From a virus: a stretch of DNA of 48,341 bases. Location of the stretch: IMG/VR virus record IMGVR_UViG_3300045988_161023. The stretch is one strand, 5' to 3'. The notes under the pieces were generated by a model. The model had not been told where the DNA came from and did not search any database. It was given only the letters and a program-made list of their open reading frames with translations. The translations under genes and the position numbers were made by a program. This document shows, in pieces, positions 16,966 to 26,920 of this stretch (the first letter of the stretch is position 1; each line of letters opens with the position of its first letter).

Positions 16966-17006
16966 AAAAATCCCCCTCCCGGCACAAACCGGGAGGGGGA
17001 TTTTTT
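16966..17006. terminator. Bidirectional rho-independent terminator
   Basis: AAAAATCCCCCTCCCGGcacaaaCCGGGAGGGGGATTTTTT is a perfect 17-bp stem flanked by A and T runs. Confidence 0.7.
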
Positions 17007-17012
17007 GTGTCT

Positions 17013-17243
17013 TCAATCCGGCTTTTTCGCCACGAATCGGATCTCATCCCGGTGCTCAGGCAGCCACCTGCATTTGTTCAGGCACCACCACGGCGTGATG
17101 ATGAACCGACCATCGGCTTTTGCCTTTCTGTCGGGATGTGCCCCCGACACGGCACAGTCGAGTGAGCACAGCATCAACGCTTGAACACGTTCACCGTGCG
17201 GGCAACGAAAGTGCTCCTCTTCTTCGGGCATGGGTAGCGGCAT
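17013..17243 (-). CDS. Small Cys/His-rich protein (putative zinc-binding)
   Basis: ATG preceded by AAGGAGAG. FRCPHGE...CSLDC...WWCLNKC. Confidence 0.5.
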   Translation of the reverse strand: MPLPMPEEEEHFRCPHGERVQALMLCSLDCAVSGAHPDRKAKADGRFIITPWWCLNKCRWLPEHRDEIRFVAKKPD

Positions 17244-17305
17244 GGCCTCTCTCCTTTTTGGGGAAGAAGGATACTGTATGGGGTGAAATAAAGCAATCCT
17301 TGCTT

Positions 17306-17560
17306 TTATTTATAGAATAGCCTTTTTATTCTTAGCTCCGGCGGGGACTGCATTCCCTCCCTCTCACTCTCGTAGCTGCTCTTGCAGTGTTCTTCCCTCT
17401 GCCAGAAGAACAGCCTGTCTACCACGCGCCGGGGCCATGCCCGCACGCCGTCCCGCGCCCAACGATAACAGCGCGAGGACAGGGTTTCGTCGGGCCAGCC
17501 GCCGAGAAGCGTATTGAGGAGTTGATCGACGGCGATCAGAGTGCGCTTTCCGTAGGTCAT
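17306..17560 (-). CDS. Hypothetical protein
   Basis: 84-aa ORF at the distal end of the tail operon. No family recognised. Confidence 0.45.
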   Translation of the reverse strand: MTYGKRTLIAVDQLLNTLLGGWPDETLSSRCYRWARDGVRAWPRRVVDRLFFWQREEHCKSSYESEREGMQSPPELRIKRLFYK

Positions 17561-18075
17561 GCTTCTCCCCCGCCCGGCATGGAGATATCAACGGTGATGC
17601 CCTGCACCTCTTCCAGCGTCATACAGGCATCAAGCCGATCTTCCAGTGCCTGCCGCTGGCCGATGATGGAGCCGGACGCCACGGCGAAGGCGTCGGCCTT
17701 GGCGAGCACCCTGCGCACAAGCCCATCAAGAGGGACACCCCGAGCCTGTGCCAACGCCGAAAGAAGCGGCGTTGAAGCCGTAGGGTCGGCAGCATAGGCG
17801 CGGCCCTCGGATTCCTGCTTGTCGAACGTGCTGATTTCGCGGTCCGGGTAGGTCGCCGTAAGTGTGGCTATGGCCCTGTCCGCAGCCCCGTTGATTTCCG
17901 AGAGCTTGGCGGCCTTGGCCTCGTCAAGAGATAACTCCGGATACGCTACGATCTGAAACTGCCGCTGTTCGCCGTCTTTTTCTGTCTCTTTGATGTACGC
18001 CCGGTTTCCGTTACACCATTCAGCGGCATCTGGGGGATACGTATCAATAAAGTACTGTCCCACGCTAAATTCCAT
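17557..18075 (-). CDS. Putative tail fibre assembly protein (Mu U / lambda Tfa-like position)
   Basis: Immediately downstream of the tail fibre gene. The call rests on size and position more than sequence. Confidence 0.45.
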   Translation of the reverse strand: MEFSVGQYFIDTYPPDAAEWCNGNRAYIKETEKDGEQRQFQIVAYPELSLDEAKAAKLSEINGAADRAIATLTATYPDREISTFDKQESEGRAYAADPTASTPLLSALAQARGVPLDGLVRRVLAKADAFAVASGSIIGQRQALEDRLDACMTLEEVQGITVDISMPGGGEA

Positions 18076-18091
18076 ACGTTGCTCCTATTTT

Positions 18092-19294
18092 TTAAAAACC
18101 ACACGCGTACCACGCAAAGGGCGCTGACAGTCTTTTGGTTTGCCCGTTCAATATTTCAACATAGAAACTTGTGGTTGAATATGAATACGCCTGCATCGAT
18201 ATGTTATAAAAATTGTCTTGATACGCAGGGCTGACAGAAGATAGCTGAATATTATAGAGTCCATTGAGAAAGGGAGTGGGAAATGTGATGATGGTGTCAC
18301 CAGACTCCGCTGTTTGAGCCATACCCCACTGTTCAATAAAACCGTCGCTGTACTTTCGATAAAACCATCCGTCACCAGACGCTCCTCCAACTATCGTTGC
18401 CGCCAGAGGATGGTCGTTGATATTGACAAAATAGCCGTGCTGGAAAGCAGATCCCGGACGTCCGCAGTAAGAATTGACAATCGCGCCCCCGGTGGGTTCG
18501 ATAGAGAAATAGTTGGCGGCGGCATCCGCTGTCATTATGCCGCATAGCACCCCAGCGGGGCTATGCACGCCAAAAAGCCGAGCACGCATCTGATAAAAAG
18601 GCGCTTCTTGCGTTCCAACCACGAATTGCGCGGAATTTCCACACTGTATCGACCCAAGCATGGTACCGCCAGACAGCGGCAATTTTGCATTTGCCGCAGT
18701 AACCCCGGCAGTCCCCTGATCATATGCAGCCTTGACCGCCGTAGCGGACGCAGCCGTCGTCGAATCCGCCAGGCTCACGCTGTCGGTCAGCTTCGCCGCG
18801 AGAGTCACGTCAGCAGAGAGCGGGCCGCCGCCAGTGAGCCCCGTTCCGGCGATGACCCGCCGCGAATCTGGAACAAAGTCGCCGGAGACAAAAGATGCAA
18901 GCGAAACCCAGTACGCGCGGTTTGCTTGCTGTGCAGGGTCTTTTGCTCCAGTTCCCGATACATCTGGCCCGGAAGGTTGCAACGCGATGTACTCGACATC
19001 ATCACTTCCTTTGACATGAGAGCCCGCGATATAGTTCAGCGTAGCTTGCCACGGGTAGACGCATCCGGATTGTTGGAAAAAGGCGTGTTGACCAAGCAAG
19101 TTGAAAAGCGCGTTCATCCACGCTCTTTCAACCATGACGCCGCCCGCGTCCGGGTCGACCTGCGTGATGAACGGAAAGAGATCCCGGAAAGAAGGAATAC
19201 CTTGACCTGTCGGGGTCGTCTCAGGGATCTGCACGGTATCCGCTGCATATCCCAAGACGTTGGGCATGATGCTAGGAGTCGAGGGAATAGGCAT
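18092..19294 (-). CDS. Tail fibre protein
   Basis: 400 aa. Conserved N-terminal fibre-attachment region, then Gly/Ala/Thr-rich shaft (TGLTGGGPLSADVTLAAKLTDSVSLADSTTAASATAVKAAYD...LPLSGGTMLG), then a C-terminal distal domain. Confidence 0.75.
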   Translation of the reverse strand: MPIPSTPSIMPNVLGYAADTVQIPETTPTGQGIPSFRDLFPFITQVDPDAGGVMVERAWMNALFNLLGQHAFFQQSGCVYPWQATLNYIAGSHVKGSDDVEYIALQPSGPDVSGTGAKDPAQQANRAYWVSLASFVSGDFVPDSRRVIAGTGLTGGGPLSADVTLAAKLTDSVSLADSTTAASATAVKAAYDQGTAGVTAANAKLPLSGGTMLGSIQCGNSAQFVVGTQEAPFYQMRARLFGVHSPAGVLCGIMTADAAANYFSIEPTGGAIVNSYCGRPGSAFQHGYFVNINDHPLAATIVGGASGDGWFYRKYSDGFIEQWGMAQTAESGDTIITFPTPFLNGLYNIQLSSVSPAYQDNFYNISMQAYSYSTTSFYVEILNGQTKRLSAPFAWYACGF

Positions 19295-19937
19295 CTACAG
19301 GGCCTCCATACGGCTGAAAAACGCCGTTGTTGAAATTCTGACCGCCGGATCCGGCGAAACCGAAGGTATGTTTCGGGATGACTTGATAGACGTCATAGCC
19401 GACGCCCGCAGGCTTTGGGGGAACGTCATCGCGCAGGAGAAGCGCACGCTCGTATGGCTGGAGCTTGAAGCCGATAACGTAGCGTATTTTCATCGTTCCG
19501 ACATGCACGACGGCAATATGACCGCGATCCGAGAAAAGCCAATGAACGATCTTGTTCAAATCTAGGAGGCTGCCGTCGGTGATGTTCGAAGCTGCTTTCA
19601 TCCAGATCAAAAGATGATATGCGTTATCTTGAAGTATGAACGTGTTCGATTTGCTCTCATATGCAAAAGGACCGTGCCCAAAGTTGCTGAGGTTTGAACC
19701 GGAGAAACCGAACGGCTTGATGTCCGTCGCCTCTACTTCAAGCGTACGCGGAATGGCGACGATGCGTCCCCACACGTCAAGCCCCCATCCGAATGCCGTT
19801 TCTGGGTCAAAGACGGACTCATAGAACGCCGCAATATCCGCCGTGGGCTCAATGACGGCATTCATCGATTCGATGAGCGCCAGCAGCCGTTCAGAGTTGT
19901 CGTACTGCGAAAGTATCGTTTCTCGCCAGTTATCCAC
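19272..19937 (-). CDS. Tail protein (Mu gp48-like / DUF2612-like position)
   Basis: 221-aa ORF between the baseplate J-like gene and the tail fibre gene. Confidence 0.5.
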   Translation of the reverse strand: MDNWRETILSQYDNSERLLALIESMNAVIEPTADIAAFYESVFDPETAFGWGLDVWGRIVAIPRTLEVEATDIKPFGFSGSNLSNFGHGPFAYESKSNTFILQDNAYHLLIWMKAASNITDGSLLDLNKIVHWLFSDRGHIAVVHVGTMKIRYVIGFKLQPYERALLLRDDVPPKPAGVGYDVYQVIPKHTFGFAGSGGQNFNNGVFQPYGGPVDAYSLDS

Positions 19938-21186
19938 GGCCCGACCTCGTTTTGATGATAGTTACAGTGACGTTATCGGAGACGAGCGTGGGGGCTTCAT
20001 CTATATTGATGGTGATGTAGTCGCCCCATGTTGGTGGGGAGCCTTCGCCGACGGGCGCCGCGATTTCGATACTCACCAAGTCGGTGACACCCGTTCCGAG
20101 CACGGCTGAATAAAAGCGGCTTGCATACACGGTATCCCCGATATGAACGCGCTGACCCGTATTTCCGCAGGCGTCGGCGGTTTCTCCGTAGAATTCGGCG
20201 ACAACGGCAGCTTTAATGAGTTCTTCGACGTTGCTCGGCATTGAGGCATTTTTGCGGATAGTCACCTGAATGCCCACCGGGAGCGATTCCGGGCGCTCAA
20301 AGAGTACCGTCTCGACCGCTCCGGTTACCGGATCGGTCACAGTGACGCTGGTGTTGCCGTTGTAATCACATCCGGCTGAACAACGGGCGTAAATGGCCTC
20401 AGCAATATCACTATCCGTCGCGCTGCCGACGACCGCCACATAGATTGAGTGCGGCTTGAGCGTAACGCCCTGCACTTCAAGCGGCGCGCTGGTTTTGTTC
20501 TCGCGCACACAGACATCAAGCACGCCATCCAGATCGCCGACGTTGGCATAGACGGCGGCGGCGACGCTCCTGGCGTTCTTCGCGACGCTGGCGTAGCGCC
20601 GGGACTCGAACGCGGCCCGGCTCTCGACGTTTTGTCCAGTGATCCCATCGGCGTTTGTGATCGTATCCCACCCGGGGATGGTACGTACAATCGTAGTCAC
20701 GGTTCCCTGCCGGATTTCGATGGGGCCCGGAACCTGACAGGCAAACTCCAAAACAATGCTTCCGGATTGAGGTATCGTGCCGCTTGTCTGACAGACCAAG
20801 ATGTTCCCGTCCGCATCTTTCGCGAGCGCCGGGGCGTCGCTGCCGATGCCGGGGATGACGGTGCCGGGAAGCCCCGTACAGGTACAGGGGACGACCGTGG
20901 AGCGTGCGGGCTGCCGGGTCAGAAAGTAAATCTTGGCGAGCGCGTCTTGATAGATACCCTCCGCAGTCTCGGGGTTGAACATGTTTGCGAGAAACAGGAG
21001 CTGGCTGTTCTTGTCCTGCACGATGGCCGTTTCGGATGTGATGAGCTGTCCCTGCGGCGTGGCCGGATCCGGGTTCAGCCGATTGTCGAATGCCGCCTGC
21101 CAATTCGTTTCGACAGCGTCCCGGACGGTCGCGGTATCGGGTACGACCGGGCCGTTTTCGGTAAAATCGATGCTAGACTGCGACAT
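19930..21186 (-). CDS. Baseplate J-like protein (Mu gp47 / P2 gpJ family)
   Basis: 418 aa, in the baseplate_J position downstream of the gp45/gp46-like genes. Confidence 0.7.
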   Translation of the reverse strand: MSQSSIDFTENGPVVPDTATVRDAVETNWQAAFDNRLNPDPATPQGQLITSETAIVQDKNSQLLFLANMFNPETAEGIYQDALAKIYFLTRQPARSTVVPCTCTGLPGTVIPGIGSDAPALAKDADGNILVCQTSGTIPQSGSIVLEFACQVPGPIEIRQGTVTTIVRTIPGWDTITNADGITGQNVESRAAFESRRYASVAKNARSVAAAVYANVGDLDGVLDVCVRENKTSAPLEVQGVTLKPHSIYVAVVGSATDSDIAEAIYARCSAGCDYNGNTSVTVTDPVTGAVETVLFERPESLPVGIQVTIRKNASMPSNVEELIKAAVVAEFYGETADACGNTGQRVHIGDTVYASRFYSAVLGTGVTDLVSIEIAAPVGEGSPPTWGDYITINIDEAPTLVSDNVTVTIIKTRSGRG

Positions 21187-21607
21187 CTGCGGTTTCCCCC
21201 GTTTCCGTGGTGATGCGGATCGTCCCGCTCAAGATGCGTTTTTCAAGCCGAGAAAGCTGCGTATCAGCCTGCGCTACGCCGGGGACTTCAAGCGCACGGG
21301 CATTCGAGCGCGCCCGCACGAGCTCGGCGGGAGGGAGGGAACCAAGCTCGCGCATGAAGTACGGGATTCCGTCTTGCTGCGCGTAGTACGGTTCTCCTTG
21401 GAATGTGCGTACATACGATGCGACATCCTGCACGATGCGCATAGTCCCCCCTGCCGAAGCAAGATTGCCCCCTACGGAGAGCGTCAAATCCCACTGTCCA
21501 TCAAGACGTAATGATAGGAGCCCCGAATCTACCACTTCGGCAGTTGCTTGCACTTCATCACGAATATTAGACAGCGCGCGGATATTCAGAACCGCTCGGA
21601 AATTCAT
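21173..21607 (-). CDS. Baseplate protein (Mu gp46 / GPW-gp25-like)
   Basis: 144-aa ORF between the spike and J-like genes. Call is by position and size. Confidence 0.55.
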   Translation of the reverse strand: MNFRAVLNIRALSNIRDEVQATAEVVDSGLLSLRLDGQWDLTLSVGGNLASAGGTMRIVQDVASYVRTFQGEPYYAQQDGIPYFMRELGSLPPAELVRARSNARALEVPGVAQADTQLSRLEKRILSGTIRITTETGETADVAV

Positions 21608-22371
21608 AAAGCCCCTTCTTCCGCTTTTACAGATTCAGCAAGCCGAGCCTGCGCAGCGGCGACAAGCGTCGCTATGTCCCGCCACTTTCCATCGCCACAG
21701 AGCACGTAGTTGGCTTGCCCGGCGGCTGCGGGCGGAACAAGGCCGCTTGTCCCGGCTGCCGATGCCGTCGCGCCCTCGTATTCGGGGACGGAGATGATGC
21801 CGTTGTTGACGGTGAGGCCGTCGCCGATTTGCTGTTCGGTAATGAGCCGATTGTACCCGCTGAATCCTTGTTCAGTATCGATAGTACTGACGGCGGCGCG
21901 GGGGAGTGTGGGACGTCCACTCGTTATCAACAGAGAGCCTCTGTACGTAGGCGACCCCAAGATCATTTCTGCAAAAGGCCCAGTGAACGGAACGTTTGTG
22001 GAACCCGATTTTATTGCGGTGTACATGCCCGGTTTTTCACTGAGCATCCCGGATGAAAAATCGTGCGAATTTGTTGCTTTTGAATTCCCAATCTGCCCCC
22101 GCGCGCTCGCCAGATCCCCGAGATCCCCACCAATCGCCACGTCCTTCGCGGTGATCACGCCGCCCGCGTCGGACTGCGTGGTCTTCCCGTCGACAAGGTT
22201 TGAGGCTTGAGCTCGCTCGATCGCCTCGTTTGCAGTGATCTGTGCAGCTATTGCGGTAGACTGTGCTGCGTCTGCGGCTCCCTGCACTTGCTGAAAGAAC
22301 CGTGTGGTTTGTCGCTCGAATTCGCTGCCGGACAGCGGTCCTGTAGGCGGCTGGTACTGAAAATCAGGCAT
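21604..22371 (-). CDS. Hypothetical phage structural protein
   Basis: 255-aa ORF within the baseplate gene block. Gly/Ala/Thr-rich. Confidence 0.45.
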   Translation of the reverse strand: MPDFQYQPPTGPLSGSEFERQTTRFFQQVQGAADAAQSTAIAAQITANEAIERAQASNLVDGKTTQSDAGGVITAKDVAIGGDLGDLASARGQIGNSKATNSHDFSSGMLSEKPGMYTAIKSGSTNVPFTGPFAEMILGSPTYRGSLLITSGRPTLPRAAVSTIDTEQGFSGYNRLITEQQIGDGLTVNNGIISVPEYEGATASAAGTSGLVPPAAAGQANYVLCGDGKWRDIATLVAAAQARLAESVKAEEGAL

Positions 22372-22382
22372 AACACCCCCCG

Positions 22383-23165
22383 TTACTGTGGTTGTCCGGA
22401 TATGCCGGAACCGGGCTCGACCCCGGTATGAACATGGGTTTCCAAGACCTTACCGTTGCTCTCAACCGTCCCTCCCGCGTTCGTGAGTCCGCCGGAGAAC
22501 CGGGCCGGGCCGCCGTCACCCTGCGCCGTGCCCGTCCACGTCAAGGATCCGTTGATGCGCACGTCGGCGTTGATGGTGAGGCCATTTTCCGCCGTCAGGA
22601 CGGAAGTTTCCCCGTGCATCGTCAGTTTGGCCACTCCTTCGATGGTGACGCCCTCGTCGTTGACCAGCACATAGCGTTCCGGCGCGGCGTTTAAGAAGCC
22701 TCCGAGATAGAAGCCGTCGCCTTTGCTCATGGCGCGGGCTGACCCCGGATTGACGTTTCCATCCTTCCCCCGGCTTTCCTTGAGCGATTCCGTGTCGCGC
22801 ATGGCGTAGACGGCGAGGCCGATGTCACCCGGCTGCGGGTCGATGACGAGGGCGTTTTTTCCGCCCTGAATGCGCAGGTAGGGAAGCTTGAAGAGTACGC
22901 TCTGCTCCTGCGCCTTCTGTTCGCCCGTCACCAAGTTGATGAGGGGTTGCACGTCGACGAAGCCCACCGGGGAGACGCCCGAGCCGGAGACGGCGACCAC
23001 GCGAACGGGTTCCGCCGTTGCGATGCGTCCGAGCATCTGGCTGATCATGAAGTCCTGCGCGTTGTACTCGCTGGAATTTGTCGAGAGGCCGCGTTGTCCC
23101 TGCATTATTTCTTGTCCTTCTTCGGCTTCGCGCCGGGATAGCTTGCCTTGACCTGACTCACCCAC
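22383..23165 (-). CDS. Baseplate assembly / spike protein (Mu gp45, P2 gpV-like)
   Basis: MQGQRGL...YNAQDFMISQMLGRIATAEPVRVVAV matches the Mu Gp45 family N-terminus. Confidence 0.7.
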   Translation of the reverse strand: MGESGQGKLSRREAEEGQEIMQGQRGLSTNSSEYNAQDFMISQMLGRIATAEPVRVVAVSGSGVSPVGFVDVQPLINLVTGEQKAQEQSVLFKLPYLRIQGGKNALVIDPQPGDIGLAVYAMRDTESLKESRGKDGNVNPGSARAMSKGDGFYLGGFLNAAPERYVLVNDEGVTIEGVAKLTMHGETSVLTAENGLTINADVRINGSLTWTGTAQGDGGPARFSGGLTNAGGTVESNGKVLETHVHTGVEPGSGISGQPQ

Positions 23166-24007
23166 TGCGTTGCGCCGGGATAGCCTGCCTGCAATTTGTG
23201 GCTCAGGCTCACGACCTGCCAGAGGCCTGATGCGCGAGGGACGATGCTCTCGATGCGCACCGGGCCGCCAAGCTGGAGCTTCGGCTCGTAGATGCCTTTC
23301 ACCGTCACGCCCTCGTTATCGAAGCTCGGATAGCCAATCATGCCGCTTTTCGCGGACCAGAGGGGCGTCGAGCCGCCGTCATCGCTGCGAAGCGTCGCAA
23401 GCGGGGAGATGACCATCTCGCCATCGTCCACGATGAGGTCAATACGGGCATCGTGGGCAAGCTGCTGCGCCTGTTCCATCGGGCCCCCGACGATGGCGAC
23501 ATTGCGAATGGAAACGGACACGCCCCTGTTGACGAAAGCGAGCCCCATTTGCTTCGCGAGCCCCTGCATGAGCGTGGCAACGTCCTGCGCACCCTGCGCC
23601 GTCAACGGCGGCACGGGCGTGATGCTGGCGACGTATCCCGTGATGCACTCAATATCGAAAGAGGGATCAGGGGCGGAATTGAAGTTCGGAACGGCGCTCA
23701 CGATGTCGCCGGAAAATGCTAGCGACATCCCATGCTCTTCATCGCCCGCGTACACGGCAATGCGGTTTTTCGACGCCTGCAACGGCTTGAACGCCAGCGT
23801 CGTCAGCGTCTCCATATCGGCAAGAGGCAGGTTGAAGATACGGACTTTGGCCTTGTTCTTCTCTTTCCCGCCGGGCTTCTGGATGTCCACATCCATGCCG
23901 AGCCGGATGATCTTGGTGTTCGCACCTTGCCCGGTAACCGTGTTGAAGCCGCCCTCGGCGAGCGTGATGTGCGCTTCAAGCAGCTTTTTGGTGAAGCTCG
24001 TGTTCAC
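23105..24007 (-). CDS. Baseplate hub / tail protein (Mu gp44-like position)
   Basis: 300-aa ORF upstream of the gp45-like gene. Confidence 0.5.
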   Translation of the reverse strand: MNTSFTKKLLEAHITLAEGGFNTVTGQGANTKIIRLGMDVDIQKPGGKEKNKAKVRIFNLPLADMETLTTLAFKPLQASKNRIAVYAGDEEHGMSLAFSGDIVSAVPNFNSAPDPSFDIECITGYVASITPVPPLTAQGAQDVATLMQGLAKQMGLAFVNRGVSVSIRNVAIVGGPMEQAQQLAHDARIDLIVDDGEMVISPLATLRSDDGGSTPLWSAKSGMIGYPSFDNEGVTVKGIYEPKLQLGGPVRIESIVPRASGLWQVVSLSHKLQAGYPGATQWVSQVKASYPGAKPKKDKK

Positions 24008-24306
24008 AGCGTTTCCCCTTCTTCGACATAAACGAGCTGGAATCGGTCGCCGAGGCCCGACCAGTGCGGATCCTCTTCCTTTTGCATATCGACAAAGTAG
24101 AGCTGCCCCCGGAAGGCGAGATAGTCGTACAGCTTCAAGCCGACGAGGTTACGGCAGATGAACCCAGACCAGATGACCGTCTGGTCAATGGCAAGGTCGC
24201 AGTACAGGTTCACGCCTCGGGAGATAAACCGGAGGGTGCAGTTCTGTTCCCCAAGCACAATCTGGAGGCTCTGGTTCGGCTCATGCCGGAGCGGTACGGT
24301 CATCAT
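24004..24306 (-). CDS. Hypothetical tail protein
   Basis: 100-aa ORF coupled to its neighbours. Confidence 0.4.
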   Translation of the reverse strand: MMTVPLRHEPNQSLQIVLGEQNCTLRFISRGVNLYCDLAIDQTVIWSGFICRNLVGLKLYDYLAFRGQLYFVDMQKEEDPHWSGLGDRFQLVYVEEGETL

Positions 24307-24860
24307 CCGAAAATCCCCTCGCCCAGCTTTTTCAGTGTGCTTTTTTGCGTCGTCTGCCCCTGCTGTTTCCCTGCATCCGTCGTACTGGCATCAGTCGGAT
24401 TTTTGGCCTGCGCCTTGCTGATCGGCTTTATGGTTTCGTTGCTGTACTGCGGCTCGACCTGCCGGATCTCTTGCAGCATGATCCCCACAAGCAGCCTGTC
24501 CACACCGTTTTCGGCCTTGCGGTCGTAGTCGTAGGAGACAAGGTTGTAGTCGAGAAACGTTTTTTCCGGGGTGACGATGCTCACGAGGTCGGTGCTTTCC
24601 GCCAGCTTGTCCAGCGCCTCCAGAAAAGCCGCAAGCTCGTCGCTCTTCCCCGTGCGGCCCATCACGACCGACACCGCCGTGGGAGAAGCGACCTTGTTGT
24701 AATCCGCGAAACTCCCTTTCTCGACGGGATTGGAGCTGATTTTGTTCTCGGCCTTGATCGAGCAGGAAAAGAACGTGTCGAAGTCGAGGGCCTTGGCGCC
24801 GTCTTTATCGAAAATCGACCAGTTGCCGGGCTGTCCCGGCGGGAGCGCGCCGAATGCCAT
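24303..24860 (-). CDS. Hypothetical tail protein downstream of tape measure
   Basis: Start at ATG 24860 (MAFGALPPG...), adjacent to the TGA stop of the tape measure gene. Trimmed from track ORF 24303..24977. Confidence 0.45.
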   Translation of the reverse strand: MAFGALPPGQPGNWSIFDKDGAKALDFDTFFSCSIKAENKISSNPVEKGSFADYNKVASPTAVSVVMGRTGKSDELAAFLEALDKLAESTDLVSIVTPEKTFLDYNLVSYDYDRKAENGVDRLLVGIMLQEIRQVEPQYSNETIKPISKAQAKNPTDASTTDAGKQQGQTTQKSTLKKLGEGIFG

Positions 24861-24861
24861 G

Positions 24862-26670
24862 TCAGTACCCGAATGCGCTGTCTGCCTGCGCGGTCTGATT
24901 ACGAAGTGCCGGAACCACTCCTTCGGCCATCCCCTCCGCATCCGTAGCCTGCGTGTAGACCTTGACCTCACCCACATTGGTGGTTGACGTCATCTGACGA
25001 GAATTGTTGACGTTGCTCACGTTTCCCGGACGCGCATCCCCGGCGCGCACCTGCGGCGGCAGAATAGACGGGCGGACATCACCAACCCGCATCGAATCGG
25101 CGACGCCGCCGGGCTTGGCTTCGGCCTTCGTTTCTTCCGGGCGCGAAGACTCATCGCCGCCGAGCCAATCCTTGATCCAGTCGGGAAGCAAATTGTAGAG
25201 CTTCTGGGCTACCCAGTTCAGCATTTCGACAAGCACATCATTGATTTTGGAGATGCCTCCCCAGATCGTTTTGAGGGCTTCGATAACGCCTTTTCCGTCC
25301 AGTGTAAGAACGGAGTTGAAGAGCTTGGCGACCCCCGAAAGGGCATCCCAGACGCCACCGAGGATACTTTTGATGCCTTCCCAAATAGCCTTGAAACGAG
25401 CCCCGATTTCATCGCCAGTTCCGAACATCGACCAGAGCCCGGAAAGTGCAGATTCTCCGCCTTTGATGTAGGTAATGAGATCGTCGACAACCAGCGCGAT
25501 CGCGCCGATGCCCGCAATCAACGGCGTAAACGGCGCAATCGCAGCCCATGCCGCCGTCGCCATCGCGCTCAACGCCGGGAGCATGAGCGTCGTAATGACC
25601 CCGGCTAACGCCGTAAAGAAGACGATCACGAACTGCTTGTTTTCTTTCACCCACCCGAGGAGATCGCCGAGCAGGTTCGTCAAAAACGTGATCACAGGGG
25701 AGACGGTGCTGGCGAAAAGGGCTGAGATGGCCTCCCATGCGTCATTGAGCCGCTGCTGCGCCTCCCGTTGCTTCTTCGCGTTTTCGATGTCCTGCTTGCT
25801 GTAGATGGCTTGAGCCTTCTGGACTTTCAGAAGCTCCTCAATCCCTTTGCGGCCCTTGAGGATGAGCGGGATGGTTTTTTCGTCGAAGCCGATCTGCGTG
25901 AGGATCGAGGTCGCCTTCTGGCGGTCGATTTTTGACGTGGCGTCGGAAAGCCGAAGAAGCCCTTCTTCAAAGGAAACGGCCTTCCCTTTCGCATCCGTGA
26001 AGCTCACCCCCAGGTCTTTGGTCGCGTCCTTAAGCGGCCCGGAGTCGTGCAAAATGAGATCCTGCATCCAGTCGCCCAGATCCATAAACCGAGTCGAAAG
26101 TTCCTCGGCGTCAACCCCGGCGGCGGCTGCCGTCCGTTGCCATGCCTGCCAGTCTTCAATGCTCATGCCGAGCGCGTCCGAAGTCTTCTCGATAGCCTGA
26201 GCCTGCTCGTAATACTGCGCTATGGAGCTTTTCAGGATGGAGACGCCGCCGATGACGGCGAGGGCCTGCGCTGCCACGCTCTTGAGCCGTTCAAAGCCAA
26301 ACGCGCCTTTGTCCGCCGCGTCTTCCAGCGAAACGCCCAGTTTTTTCGCTGCATCATCAAGGGCCTCAAGACGTTCTTTTGCCGCTCCGGTGCGGATAAG
26401 CTCCTCGCGCATCCGCTGATACTCTTTCGTCACCTCGCTGATTTCGCGGCCTTTTTGCACGGCTTCCTCAAAGGCGGCTTGCAACGAAGAGGCGGCATCG
26501 GAAGACTGGCCAAGACCTTGGGCCCCCTTGACGCCTGCGTCATATGTCGCGCGCCCCGCGTCAGCGGCTGCGGCCTGCACGCCGTCCAGCCGCTCCTGTG
26601 CGGCCTGCACCTGCGCTTTAAAATCCCCTGCTTTCAGCAAGAGGCTGACGACGAGTTCACCTGCGTTCAT
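24862..26670 (-). CDS. Tail tape measure protein
   Basis: 602 aa. Long Ala/Glu/Lys-rich coiled-coil N-terminal part. Central hydrophobic segments (FVIVFFTALAGVITTLMLPALSAMATAAWAAIAPFTPLIAGIGAIALVV). Repeated W/G motifs. Confidence 0.8.
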   Translation of the reverse strand: MNAGELVVSLLLKAGDFKAQVQAAQERLDGVQAAAADAGRATYDAGVKGAQGLGQSSDAASSLQAAFEEAVQKGREISEVTKEYQRMREELIRTGAAKERLEALDDAAKKLGVSLEDAADKGAFGFERLKSVAAQALAVIGGVSILKSSIAQYYEQAQAIEKTSDALGMSIEDWQAWQRTAAAAGVDAEELSTRFMDLGDWMQDLILHDSGPLKDATKDLGVSFTDAKGKAVSFEEGLLRLSDATSKIDRQKATSILTQIGFDEKTIPLILKGRKGIEELLKVQKAQAIYSKQDIENAKKQREAQQRLNDAWEAISALFASTVSPVITFLTNLLGDLLGWVKENKQFVIVFFTALAGVITTLMLPALSAMATAAWAAIAPFTPLIAGIGAIALVVDDLITYIKGGESALSGLWSMFGTGDEIGARFKAIWEGIKSILGGVWDALSGVAKLFNSVLTLDGKGVIEALKTIWGGISKINDVLVEMLNWVAQKLYNLLPDWIKDWLGGDESSRPEETKAEAKPGGVADSMRVGDVRPSILPPQVRAGDARPGNVSNVNNSRQMTSTTNVGEVKVYTQATDAEGMAEGVVPALRNQTAQADSAFGY

Positions 26671-26920
26671 GGAATTTGCTCCAAAGGCGTTGGTTGTGGC
26701 CGTCCACGGCGATGATTTCTAGCATCTCGTAGGCATCGGACAGGCCGTATACTGTCTGCATTTCGTGCAACGTCGCGAGGTTCCGGCTTACCGGGATGCC
26801 GACGCATCCGGGGAGGTTTGCGTAGTCCCGGAGCCCGAGGGGTTGAGGATCTGCGACAGGCGGGAGGTCAAGCCCTCGCCGCCATGCAAAAAATCCAGAC
26901 AGACGGCGATGGCCTCCCAA
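26657..26920 (-). CDS. Tail assembly chaperone -1 frameshift extension (GT-like C-terminal part)
   Basis: Lies in the -1 frame relative to 26788..27297 and overlaps it by 133 nt. Reachable through the slippery heptamer T_TTT_TTG in the reverse complement of about 26895-26905. It also overlaps the tape measure start. Confidence 0.55.
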   Translation of the reverse strand: MGGHRRLSGFFAWRRGLDLPPVADPQPLGLRDYANLPGCVGIPVSRNLATLHEMQTVYGLSDAYEMLEIIAVDGHNQRLWSKFHERR

